From: Saccostrea cucullata
Lineage: Eukaryota
Reading direction: 5' to 3'
Assembly: GCF_032062105.1 (NCBI RefSeq)
Contig: NW_026940777.1
Span: forward strand, 1-64,000
Length of the DNA stretch: 64,000 bases
Shown: one piece after another, positions 63,776 to 64,000 of the stretch
Layout: each line of letters starts with the position of its first letter
Position numbering within the stretch: the first letter of the stretch is position 1
Program-made: the position numbers and the translations under genes
The notes under the pieces: generated by a model
Seen by the model: the letters and a program-made list of their open reading frames with translations, nothing else
What the model was told of the DNA's origin: nothing
The model's database searches: none

Positions 63776-64000
63776 TCAACCTCCTATTAAAATCATAGGC
63801 CTGTTTTTCATTTTAGAAATGTTCAACATCCCTGCATGTTGTTTCTTCTTGCGTTTGACAGCTTCCTCGATGACCTGCCAGATTTCCTCTTCCCCCGCCC
63901 CTCCCCGCAAAGCATCCCTCAGGGAAACCTCGGAATTTCCAAACAAACACACCTTTAAGTTTCCATCAGCTGTGACTCTGAGTCTATTACAGGAGCCACA
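63776..64000 (-). CDS. MOCS1: 3' end of MOCS1A / MoaA GTP 3',8-cyclase (partial; gene continues beyond the window)
   Basis: [63 protein letters not shown]: C-terminal 4Fe-4S motif CxxC-x13-C and terminal GG. Confidence 0.95.
   Translation of the reverse strand, partial: CGSCNRLRVTADGNLKVCLFGNSEVSLRDALRGGAGEEEIWQVIEEAVKRKKKQHAGMLNISKMKNRPMILIGG

Noticed and set aside
63770-63781. Stop-codon readthrough or selenocysteine at MOCS1A TGA
   Set aside because: TGA follows the canonical terminal GG and a TAG follows two codons later

Overview
Eukaryotic, AT-rich, intron-containing genomic DNA; its repeat content (Helentron/HINE-type fragments, a bivalve-type tRNA-derived SINE, Penelope-like RT relics) points to a bivalve mollusc, most likely an oyster (inference). 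Genes, left to right: the large final exon of a STAND (nSTAND3-like) NTPase with ~17 ankyrin repeats; two tandem 3-exon stefin-fold cystatins that both carry signal peptides, the second lacking the QxVxG inhibitory loop; a 6-exon type-I membrane receptor-like gene with cytoplasmic tyrosine motifs; a largely disordered 2-exon protein; a short intronless ORF resembling the KIAA2012 N-terminus; a 13-exon mitochondrial NADP-malic enzyme (minus strand, one GC-AG intron) head-to-head with CUEDC2; and the 3' end of MOCS1A with no MOCS1B downstream. Mobile DNA includes Penelope-like relics, two IS3EU-type MITEs with phased palindrome arrays, Kolobok- and Tc1/mariner-type MITEs, a THAP-domain relic, and a 3.8-kb Sola2-type element. 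That element carries a 5S-rRNA-derived, apparently refolded Pol III unit, which is the most unusual structure seen. Exon boundaries were read by eye and no database searches were run.
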